The notes beneath the pieces were generated by a model. That model saw nothing but the letters and a program-made list of their open reading frames with translations. It was not told where the DNA came from and ran no database searches. Below, piece after piece: positions 56,436 through 64,000 of a stretch of DNA of 64,000 nucleotides; the stretch's first letter is position 1, and each line of letters starts with the position of its first letter. A program made the translations under genes and the position numbers. Origin of the DNA: Alphaproteobacteria bacterium. GTDB taxonomy: Bacteria; Pseudomonadota; Alphaproteobacteria; GCA-2731375. The DNA lies in the NCBI GenBank assembly GCA_030752605.1, contig JASMDX010000075.1, forward strand, positions 17,086-81,085. Direction: 5' to 3'.

Positions 56436-57488
56436 CTACTTAGCCTTCCAGGCGGTCCAACGCTCGAAGATCTCATCGGAATTATCGAGCCAGAATTCCA
56501 CCGAATCCTGGCGACCCGTATCCAAGGCATCGGCGATATTCGCACCCGCCGGCAGGGCAGCCGCGACGTCAGGCTTGATATATTTCAATGCCGCCTTGAC
56601 CGGCTGACCATAGGTATAGTCATTGGTGAAAGCCGCCTCACGTTTTGGATCGGAAAAAAACTGCAGATACTCATACGCCGTATCCACGTGTTTCGAGCCT
56701 TTGAAAATGACCCATTTATCCACGTACAAAATGTTGTTCTGCCAGATCATTTTCAGGCCGTGGCCGTCCTTGTTGGCCTTGGAAATGCGGCCGTTGTAGG
56801 CTGTGGACATCACGACGTCGCCGCTGATCAGCCATTCCGGCGCCTGGGCGCCCGCTTCCCACCACTGGATGTTGCTTTTGATCGAATCCAGCTTGGCGAA
56901 GGCGCGATCCAGGCCGGCCTTGGTGCTCATTACCTTGTAGACATCCTTGACATCGACGCCGTCGGCCATCAGGGCGAATTCCAGTGTGCCCTTGGGATCA
57001 CTGCGGACACCGCGCTTGCCGGGGATCTTTTTCAGATCAAAAAAATCGGCGATCGAAGTCGGCTCAGCCTTGGTATTTTTCGGGTTATAGCCAACCAGTT
57101 GCGAAACCGTCGCGACGCCCAGGCCGCATTCCGTGACGGCTGGGCCGATATAATTGTCCTTTGGCCCGATGCGGGACCAATCCAGCTTCACGAACAGGCC
57201 CTCCTCGCAACCACGGATCAGCTCCGAGGTTTCGATCTGCACCACATCCCATGGGCGGTTGCCGGTTTCCTGCATGGCCTTGAACTGGGCCCAGCCACCA
57301 AGATAGGTGTCTTCCAGAACCTTGATGCCCTTGGAATCGCCAAACGGTTTGAAGAAATTCTTGCGTTGGGAATCCTGATAACCTCCACCCCACGATGCGA
57401 TGGTGAAATCCCGCGCAATAGCCGTGCCCGCCAGCGCCACGACGCCCAGCGTTACCGCCGCCGCCGCCACATATTTTCGAAAAATCAT
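56436..57488 (-). CDS. ABC transporter substrate-binding protein (PotD/PotF-like, SBP family 1)
   Basis: Start at MIFRKYVAAAAVTLGVVALAGTAIA (signal peptide) with GAGAAAGGGG RBS. Confidence 0.75.
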   Translation of the reverse strand: MIFRKYVAAAAVTLGVVALAGTAIARDFTIASWGGGYQDSQRKNFFKPFGDSKGIKVLEDTYLGGWAQFKAMQETGNRPWDVVQIETSELIRGCEEGLFVKLDWSRIGPKDNYIGPAVTECGLGVATVSQLVGYNPKNTKAEPTSIADFFDLKKIPGKRGVRSDPKGTLEFALMADGVDVKDVYKVMSTKAGLDRAFAKLDSIKSNIQWWEAGAQAPEWLISGDVVMSTAYNGRISKANKDGHGLKMIWQNNILYVDKWVIFKGSKHVDTAYEYLQFFSDPKREAAFTNDYTYGQPVKAALKYIKPDVAAALPAGANIADALDTGRQDSVEFWLDNSDEIFERWTAWKAK

Positions 57489-57592
57489 CACTTGCCCCTT
57501 TCTCCCGTTGTCCACGAACACACTAAATGGTTCATGTCAGTTTTTGGTTCTTTATGGAAAATATTGTAACACTGCCCGAAAGAGTGCGTAAA

Positions 57593-58726
57593 ATGAATCC
57601 TGTCAGCAACCAATTCGCGGCGGTGGAGCAAGTGCGGGAAAATTCAGAAGGCGTCGTCTCGTTTGTTGGTGTGGAAAAGACCTATGATGGTGATACCAAT
57701 GTGGTCAAGGGCCTGGATCTGACCATCTGCAAAGGCGAATTCCTAACCTTGCTTGGCCCGTCCGGCTCGGGCAAAACCACGACCCTGATGATGCTGGCCG
57801 GTTTCGAGGAGCCGACGGCGGGGGAGATTCTACTTCGTGGTAACTCACTTGCCCACGTGCCGCCATATCGCCGCAACATGGGCATTGTGTTTCAGAATTA
57901 TGCCTTGTTCCCTCATAAAAGTGTGCGCGAAAATGTCGCCTATCCATTGCGGCAACGACGCCTGCCCAAGGCGGAAATAGGTGAGCGGACCTTGCGGGCC
58001 CTGCGGATGGTCGAGCTTGAGCATCTGGCGGATCGCCGCCCAGCCCAGCTTTCGGGCGGTCAGCAGCAGCGCGTCGCGCTGGCCAGGGCCCTGGTGTTCG
58101 AGCCCGAACTAGTCCTGATGGACGAACCCCTGGGTGCTCTGGACAAGAATTTGCGGGAACAGATGCAGATCGAGATCAAGCATTTGCACGAGGCGTTTGG
58201 CATGACCGTGGTCTATGTCACCCATGACCAACGGGAGGCGTTGACCATGTCCGATCGGGTGGCAGTTTTTAACGATGGCATCGTGCAGCAAATTGATGAT
58301 CCGCACACGATCTACGAATATCCCAGCAATTCCTTCGTCGCCAACTTTATCGGCGAAAACAATAATCTTGACGGGCGCATCACCAAACGGCTGGGTGACG
58401 AATGCGAGGTCACCCTGGACAGTGGCGAACAGGTCACGGCGCAGGCGGTCAATGTCGGCGGTGAAGGCAGCACGACGTCGCTGTCAATTCGGCCGGAACG
58501 TCTGCATCTCAATATCAATGGCCGCGGCATGGTCAACCGGGTGCAGGGCACGGTTATGGAGATTATTTATGGTGGCGATCATTCCATGATCCGCATCGCA
58601 CGAAATGGTGGCGGGGAGTTGATGGCCAAGGCCGTCGCGGCGGAGGCGGAGCGCATTCATTTGGGCGACAGCTTGGAGGCCGGCTGGGACACCGCCCATT
58701 GCCGCGCCCTGGACCCGATGGAATGA
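57593..58726 (+). CDS. ABC transporter ATP-binding protein (PotA-like, with C-terminal TOBE domain)
   Basis: GPSGSGKTT Walker A. LSGGQQQRVALARAL signature. …LVLMDEPLGALD Walker B. Confidence 0.85.
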   Translation: MNPVSNQFAAVEQVRENSEGVVSFVGVEKTYDGDTNVVKGLDLTICKGEFLTLLGPSGSGKTTTLMMLAGFEEPTAGEILLRGNSLAHVPPYRRNMGIVFQNYALFPHKSVRENVAYPLRQRRLPKAEIGERTLRALRMVELEHLADRRPAQLSGGQQQRVALARALVFEPELVLMDEPLGALDKNLREQMQIEIKHLHEAFGMTVVYVTHDQREALTMSDRVAVFNDGIVQQIDDPHTIYEYPSNSFVANFIGENNNLDGRITKRLGDECEVTLDSGEQVTAQAVNVGGEGSTTSLSIRPERLHLNINGRGMVNRVQGTVMEIIYGGDHSMIRIARNGGGELMAKAVAAEAERIHLGDSLEAGWDTAHCRALDPME

Positions 58727-58768
58727 TGAAGACCACGCCCGCGCCACGAGCAAATTCGGAGACAAGAA

Positions 58769-60172
58769 ATGAACCAACCGGCACCTGATCCCACCTACAT
58801 GACCGTGCATGCCCTGTCTGCCGCCATTGCCGATGGCAGCCTGACCTCCGCCGGCATAGTCGAATGCTGTTTGCAGCGGATCGCCGCGCTTGATGAAAAG
58901 CTGCATGCCTTTGTCACCGTCTATGCGGATGAGGCGCGCCTGGCGGCCAAGGCCGCCGACCAGGCTATCCAATCCGGCCATTCCCTCGGCCCCTTGCATG
59001 GTATCCCCATCGCCCTGAAGGACATCATCGATATGGAGGGGCGGATCACCACCGGCGGCAGCCAGGTCTGGCGCCAACGTATCTCGCCGACCACGGCGAC
59101 GGTGGCGCAACGGCTGATCGGCGCCGGTATGATCGTTATCGGCAAGACCCATTCGGTGGAATTCGCCATGGGTGGCTGGGGCACCAACACCCACATGGGC
59201 ACGCCGTGGAACCCCTGGGATTTGGACACACACCGCACGCCCGGCGGCTCTTCGTCGGGCTCCGGCGTTGCCGTGGCCGCCGGTATGGTGCCCGCCGCCA
59301 TTGGCACCGATACGGGCGGCTCGGTACGCCTGCCGGCTTCGTACTGTGGTCTGGCCGGGCTCAAGACCACCGTGGGCCGGGTCAGCCTGCATGGTATCCT
59401 GCCGCTCAGCACCACCCTGGATACACCGGGGCCCATGACGCGTTCGGTCGAGGATGCGGCGATGATCTATGACACCATTCAGGGCCACGATCCGCTGTGG
59501 CCGCCAACCCTGGCCCATACGGCGCAAAGCCCATTCGCGACAATGCGCCGTGGCGTGCAGGGCTTGCGCCTGGCCGCGGTCTCCGGTGCCGAACGCTCGG
59601 GCGTCGATGGCCCAACCCTGGCCGCTTTCGACGCCGCACAGGAGACGTTGCATGGACTGGGCGCCACGATCACGGAGATCGAGATGCCGCGTCCCTTCAC
59701 GGACTTCGCCGCCATAGCTGGGCGCATCATCGGTGCGGAAGGCTATCGTTTCGTTGGCAAATTGGCGGATGACGACGAATTGCCCATCGATCCCAATGTG
59801 CGCCCGCGTATTGCCCTGGGCCGGGATATCAAGGCCCACGAATACCTCGACGCCCTGGCCGAGAAGGAAGCCGTCAAGGCGGAATTCGCTGAGATCATGC
59901 TGGATTTCGATGCCCTGTTGCTGCCCAGCACTGAAACCCCGGCGATTCCCGTGGTGGAGGCGGACGAAGGCGGTACGCCGGCGCGCTTTACCCGCGCCGG
60001 CAATTGCCTGGATCTCTGCGCCCTGTCCCTGCCCAACGGGATGTCACCGGATGGCTTGCCAACATCTCTGCAAATCGCCTGTGCCGGCCATGACGAGGCC
60101 ACGGCCCTGCGCGTCGGCTGGGCCTATGAACAGGCCACGGACTGGCACACCCGGCATCCGGATCTAGGCTGA
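58769..60172 (+). CDS. amidase-signature family amidase
   Basis: 467 aa. …GGSSSGSGVAVAAGMVPAAIGTDTGGSVRLPASYCG…. Confidence 0.85.
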   Translation: MNQPAPDPTYMTVHALSAAIADGSLTSAGIVECCLQRIAALDEKLHAFVTVYADEARLAAKAADQAIQSGHSLGPLHGIPIALKDIIDMEGRITTGGSQVWRQRISPTTATVAQRLIGAGMIVIGKTHSVEFAMGGWGTNTHMGTPWNPWDLDTHRTPGGSSSGSGVAVAAGMVPAAIGTDTGGSVRLPASYCGLAGLKTTVGRVSLHGILPLSTTLDTPGPMTRSVEDAAMIYDTIQGHDPLWPPTLAHTAQSPFATMRRGVQGLRLAAVSGAERSGVDGPTLAAFDAAQETLHGLGATITEIEMPRPFTDFAAIAGRIIGAEGYRFVGKLADDDELPIDPNVRPRIALGRDIKAHEYLDALAEKEAVKAEFAEIMLDFDALLLPSTETPAIPVVEADEGGTPARFTRAGNCLDLCALSLPNGMSPDGLPTSLQIACAGHDEATALRVGWAYEQATDWHTRHPDLG

Positions 60173-60351
60173 TATGTGCATCACGTCTTGGCAAACCCAG
60201 TGGCGGGGAAATCGCGGCGGCGGCATTGGATGCGGGTCTGCTGCTAAATGCGCCACGCCCCGATAGCTTGCGGTTCATGCCCGCCCTTAACGTCCGCCAT
60301 GGGGAGATCGAACAAATGCTGGAAATCCTGCATGACGTAATGGCGAAATGA
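60172..60351 (+). pseudogene. remnant: C-terminal ~50 codons of a class III aminotransferase (ArgD/GabT-like)
   Basis: Frame +1 reads …GGEIAAAALDAGLLLNAPRPDSLRFMPALNVRHGEIEQMLEILHDVMAK*, the canonical class III aminotransferase C-terminus. No N-terminal body upstream, which is occupied by the amidase. Confidence 0.55.
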
Positions 60352-60415
60352 TCAATTGCAGGCCCGCCGAATTGGGCCGAAAATGGCGGCGCCCGAAATT
60401 TATTGAGACGCAGAC

Positions 60416-61504
60416 ATGTCCATGCGCCTGCAAATTCTGATTGTTACCTTGTTGGCCGCCATATTGGCGGTCGGCTGGTGGTCGTTCGACATTTGGGGCG
60501 GTGGCGGTGCGGTGGCGAAAAAGGCCAAACGGTCCGGCACTACATTGGTGCTGGTGGAAAAGGCTGTGCTGACCGACGACCATATTTCGCTAACCCTGGT
60601 GGGCACGGGCAAGGCCATCCGCTCCGCCCAGCTATACCCTGCGGTAGCGGGCGAGGTGCGCCAGATCACCTTCAGGGCGGAGCAGCGCGTCAAGAAGGGC
60701 CAGGCACTAATCCGCCTGGATGACAAGCATCAACGCCTGAAGGTTCGTTTGATGGAGGTTGCCACCGCCGAGGCCCGGCGCCAGCTGCGACGCATGCAAA
60801 AGCTAACGCCGTCGGGCTATGCCGCCCGAACCCGCCTGGATACGGCGCAGACACAGCTGGATCTGGCCCAATTGCGTTTGGAGCAGGCCAATGCCGAGTT
60901 GCATGACCGCACCATTCACGCGCCATTCGCCGGCGTGGTGGGTATGACCGATCTGAACCGGGGTGATCGGGTCACGGCGGACACCATGGCGGTGACCTTG
61001 GATGACCGCTCCGCCATCCTGGTGGAGTTTACCGTGCCGGAAGCTCACGCGGGACGAATTAGTGTGGGTGATACGATCACGGTCAGGCCCTGGTCGACGC
61101 CCGAAACAGCGATCGAGGGCAAGATTGCGGCCCTGGGCAGCCGTATCGACCGGACCACGCGTTCGCTACGGGTGCAGGCCAGAATAGAAAATCCCAATGA
61201 CCGTCTCCGTCCTGGCGGCTCGTTCCAGGTACTGCTGGCCTTTAAGGGCGGGGCCTATCCCATTGTCCGCGAGGTCGCCGTGTTGTGGAGCCGGGATGGC
61301 GCCTATCTATGGCGGATCGCGGGTGGCAGGGCGGAAAAGGTCCATGTCCGCCTGGTCCGGCGCGACAAGGGGCGGGTGCTGGTCGATGGACCCTTACGGC
61401 CAGGCGATCTGATTGTCGTGGAAGGCGTCCAGGGCCTGCGTCTGGGGCAAAAGGTGAAGACCGCGCCATTCAGGGCTGGCGCGGCCAAGGCCGGAACGTC
61501 GTAA
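60416..61504 (+). CDS. RND efflux periplasmic adaptor (membrane fusion protein, HlyD family)
   Basis: N-terminal TM anchor, coiled-coil (…LDLAQLRLEQANAEL…), beta-barrel/lipoyl domains. Stop overlaps the start of the RND pump (TAATG). Confidence 0.8.
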   Translation: MSMRLQILIVTLLAAILAVGWWSFDIWGGGGAVAKKAKRSGTTLVLVEKAVLTDDHISLTLVGTGKAIRSAQLYPAVAGEVRQITFRAEQRVKKGQALIRLDDKHQRLKVRLMEVATAEARRQLRRMQKLTPSGYAARTRLDTAQTQLDLAQLRLEQANAELHDRTIHAPFAGVVGMTDLNRGDRVTADTMAVTLDDRSAILVEFTVPEAHAGRISVGDTITVRPWSTPETAIEGKIAALGSRIDRTTRSLRVQARIENPNDRLRPGGSFQVLLAFKGGAYPIVREVAVLWSRDGAYLWRIAGGRAEKVHVRLVRRDKGRVLVDGPLRPGDLIVVEGVQGLRLGQKVKTAPFRAGAAKAGTS

Positions 61505-64000
61505 TGATTGGGCTCGGCGATTTGCCTTCCCTGGCCGTGCGCCGGCCAACGCTGATTGTCGTCGTGAACCTATTGATCATCGTCGCTGGCCTCGGTGCCC
61601 TGTTGGGGGTGGAGGTGCGCGAGCTGCCGGATGTTGACCGCCCCTGGGTTAGCGTCCGCGCCTTTTTCGAAGGCGCCTCGCCTGAAACCATGGATGCGGA
61701 GGTGACCTCAGTTATTGAAAGCGCAGTGGCGCGGGTTGCCGGGGTCAAAATTATCGCCTCGGCCTCGGAAGAGGACAATGCGCGTATTTTTGCGCAGTTT
61801 GGCGCCAATGTTGATATTGACGTCGCTGCCAACGATGTGCGCGAGGCCGTTGCCGGGGTCGAACGGCGCCTACCCGAGGGCGTGGAAGATATAGTCGTGG
61901 TCAAGGCGGACAGTAACGCCCGTCCCATCATCCGTCTGGCCCTCACGTCGGAGCATCTTTCGCAAGAGGCATTGACCGAGCTGGCCGAGGATGACGTCAA
62001 GCCGGAACTGGCGGCGATTGACGGCGTTGCTATCGTCAATCTGTTCGGTGATCGCAAACGGGTGTTGCGCGTGGTGGTCGATCCCATGCGCCTGGCCAGT
62101 TATCACCTGTCCATCAGCGATGTCGCAAAGGTATTGGAAAGCACGGACATGGATGTGCCGGCGGGCAGCTTCAAATCGGACGACCAGATGTTGCTGGTCC
62201 GCGCCGATGCCTCCCTGTGGCGGCCGGGAGATGTGGAGCGCCTGGCCATTAACGACCACGTTCGCCTGGGCGATGTCGCCCGCGCCATTTACGGCCCGGC
62301 GGAGGCGTTGAGCCATACCTTATTGAACGGCCGCAAGGTTATAGGCATGGCCCTGATCCGCAAGGCCAAGTCCAACACTATCGCCATTTCCAATGGAGTT
62401 GACCGCGCCGTCACGCGTCTGAATAAACGCCTGAAGGGCGCCGAGGTTATTAAGATCTCGGACGATGCCCGCTTTATCCGCGGCTCGATCCGCGAAGTGG
62501 TCTACAGCTTGGGCATCGCCACCCTGGTGGTGATTGCGGTGATATATACCTTCATGACCGCCGTGCGCCCCACCTTGATTCCCGCCGTGGCCATCCCCAT
62601 CGCTTTGGCCGGAACCATCGCGGTGATCTGGCTGTTGGGTTTTTCCATCAATATTCTGACCTTGTTGGCCTTGGTGCTGGCGACGGGCATGATCGTCGAT
62701 GACGCCATTGTGGTAGTGGAGAATATTCAGCGCCAACGCAGTCTGGGCAAGGGGCCTCTGGCCGCCGCCGTGCTGGGCACGCGGCAAGTGTTTTTCGCGG
62801 TGCTGGCGACCACGGCGACCTTGATCTCGGTCTTTCTGCCCATCGCCTTTCTGCCCAGCGTGGCCGGCAAGCTGTTCAGCGAATTCGGTTTTGTCCTGGC
62901 CATCGCCGTGGCCATATCCTCCTTTGTCGCCCTGACCCTCTGCCCCATGCTGGCGGCGCGTCTGCCTGCCGATTGGGGTGCCGTGAAGTCTAGCGCGCCC
63001 GGCCCCTTGGCTCGTTTTGGCGGTGCCATGACGGCGGGCTATCAACGTCTGCTAGATTTCACTCTTGGTGCGCCGGTGCTGGTTCTGGGCTGTGCGGTAT
63101 TTTTGGCGGCCGGTGCCGTGGCTCTTTATCCCACCATTGATCGGGAGCTGCTGCCGAAGGAAGACCGGGGCGCCATCGTCATCTATATGCAGGGTCCCGA
63201 CGGCGTTGGCCTTGACTACATGGACCGCCAATCGGCCCAGGCCGAGGCCATATTGCAGCCGTTGCACGAGAATGGAGAGGTCAGCAATATCCTCGCCATC
63301 GTTGGACGTTGGGATCTTAACCGGGTTTTTCTGATGGCGCCGCTCACGCCCTGGTCCGAGCGGACACGCAGCCAGAACGATATCGCCAAGACGCTGCGTG
63401 GGCCGCTGAAGGCAATTCCAGGTGCCACGGCGCGAGTTAGCCAGCCCAACAGTTTGAACCTGCGCCGCTCCGGCGGGCGATTGGAATTCACCTTGACGGG
63501 GGGGAACTACAAGAATATCGCCGCCGCCGCCGACGCTTTTTTGGTGGCCATGCACGAACGCATCCCAAATCTGGAAGACCCGGAGATCGAATACCAACAG
63601 ACCCAGCCGCAGCTGTCGGTAAAGGTGGACCGAGCCCGAGCAGAGGATCTGGGTGTCGAGGTGGAGGGCATCGCCGATACCTTGAGGGCCATGGTCGATG
63701 GCCTGAAGGTGGCGGAACTTAACGTCAACGACCGCACCATTCCGGTGCGCATTGAATCCGCCGCCGGCGCCATCAATGATCCCTCTGATCTAAGCAATCT
63801 GTTCGTGCCCACGGCCAGCGGCGATCTGGTGCCACTCTCTGCCTTCATCTCGTTGGAAGAGGTCGGCGTGGCCGCCGAACTGGACCGGGCCGGGCAAAGT
63901 CGCGCCATCGAGATCGATGCGCCTCTGACACCTGGTTACACCTTGCCTGAGGCGATGGCGGATGTGGAGGCCCTGGCCGACGAAATCCTTCCCCCTGGCA
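61504..64000 (+). CDS. RND efflux transporter permease (AcrB/HAE1 family), 3' end outside window
   Basis: MIGLGDLPSLAVRRPTLIVVVNLLIIVAGL…LPDVDRPWVSVRAFFEGASPETMDAEVTSVIE… typical AcrB N-terminus, >830 aa open to the window end. Missed by the ORF track because it has no stop. Confidence 0.85.
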   Translation, partial: MIGLGDLPSLAVRRPTLIVVVNLLIIVAGLGALLGVEVRELPDVDRPWVSVRAFFEGASPETMDAEVTSVIESAVARVAGVKIIASASEEDNARIFAQFGANVDIDVAANDVREAVAGVERRLPEGVEDIVVVKADSNARPIIRLALTSEHLSQEALTELAEDDVKPELAAIDGVAIVNLFGDRKRVLRVVVDPMRLASYHLSISDVAKVLESTDMDVPAGSFKSDDQMLLVRADASLWRPGDVERLAINDHVRLGDVARAIYGPAEALSHTLLNGRKVIGMALIRKAKSNTIAISNGVDRAVTRLNKRLKGAEVIKISDDARFIRGSIREVVYSLGIATLVVIAVIYTFMTAVRPTLIPAVAIPIALAGTIAVIWLLGFSINILTLLALVLATGMIVDDAIVVVENIQRQRSLGKGPLAAAVLGTRQVFFAVLATTATLISVFLPIAFLPSVAGKLFSEFGFVLAIAVAISSFVALTLCPMLAARLPADWGAVKSSAPGPLARFGGAMTAGYQRLLDFTLGAPVLVLGCAVFLAAGAVALYPTIDRELLPKEDRGAIVIYMQGPDGVGLDYMDRQSAQAEAILQPLHENGEVSNILAIVGRWDLNRVFLMAPLTPWSERTRSQNDIAKTLRGPLKAIPGATARVSQPNSLNLRRSGGRLEFTLTGGNYKNIAAAADAFLVAMHERIPNLEDPEIEYQQTQPQLSVKVDRARAEDLGVEVEGIADTLRAMVDGLKVAELNVNDRTIPVRIESAAGAINDPSDLSNLFVPTASGDLVPLSAFISLEEVGVAAELDRAGQSRAIEIDAPLTPGYTLPEAMADVEALADEILPPG

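Noticed and set aside
58484-59839. 451-aa minus-strand ORF antisense to the second amidase
   Set aside because: The amidase-signature motif GGSSSGSGVAVAAG is on the plus strand. The antisense product is a Gly/Arg/His-rich artefact.
62320-63045. 241-aa minus-strand ORF inside the RND permease region
   Set aside because: The plus strand encodes a canonical AcrB-family pump continuing from the TAATG-coupled start at 61504. The antisense ORF is Gly/His/Gln-rich low complexity.
1-64000. tRNA/rRNA genes, CRISPR arrays, IS elements, integrases, phage genes
   Set aside because: No cloverleaf-compatible T-loop/anticodon arrangement was found in the intergenic regions I inspected, and I saw no repeat-spacer periodicity. 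No transposase, integrase or phage structural ORFs appear among the ORFs. All larger ORFs resolve to metabolic, transport or regulatory families.

Overview
High-GC (~60%) chromosomal segment of a proteobacterium. It is most likely an alphaproteobacterium: a divergent pckA lies next to chvI-chvG, as in Rhizobiales/Rhodospirillales-type genomes. The segment is dense with catabolic operons. I saw no rRNA, tRNA, CRISPR array, transposase or prophage genes.

Main gene blocks:
- (1) A family III CoA-transferase, glyoxalase I, a dienelactone hydrolase and a PiT phosphate transporter.
- (2) pckA <-> MATE, chvI, chvG, with a 21-bp-spaced direct repeat in the pckA promoter.
- (3) An MFS transporter, a HAD hydrolase, an acyl-CoA dehydrogenase, a Tmk-like kinase, a tandem pair of Lin0512-family paralogs of unknown function, and a GST.
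- (4) A single ubiT-ubiU-ubiV-ubiD operon (O2-independent ubiquinone pathway plus decarboxylase).
- (5) Likely the most novel system: a seven-gene, translationally coupled operon on the minus strand. Gene order is MetX-like alpha/beta hydrolase, amidase, DUF3225 (AtzH/HpxZ-like), HyuA, HyuB, a TPP enzyme and a FAD oxidoreductase. It sits divergent from an SdsA1-type alkylsulfatase, a Gfo/Idh/MocA oxidoreductase and a TauD/AtsK-like dioxygenase, with a MocR-type regulator close by.
- (6) TerB-like protein + hydratase, a low-GC islet with an orphan HicB-like gene, and an alpha/beta hydrolase <-> sterol-desaturase-family gene with overlapping start codons, followed by a COG0523 GTPase.
- (7) A frameshifted RraA-family gene coupled to a FAH-family hydratase.
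- (8) An operon of methyltransferase, hydratase, acyl-CoA ligase, long acyl-CoA dehydrogenase and a PreA-like protein.
- (9) A long minus-strand operon: PotD/B/C-like ABC transporter, two acyl-CoA dehydrogenases, a class III aminotransferase and a nitroreductase. It is divergent from an ABC ATPase, an amidase and a class III aminotransferase gene remnant.
- (10) An RND efflux pair (membrane fusion protein plus permease, truncated at the window end).

Assignments rest on conserved motifs read directly from the translations and on gene order. No database searches were run.
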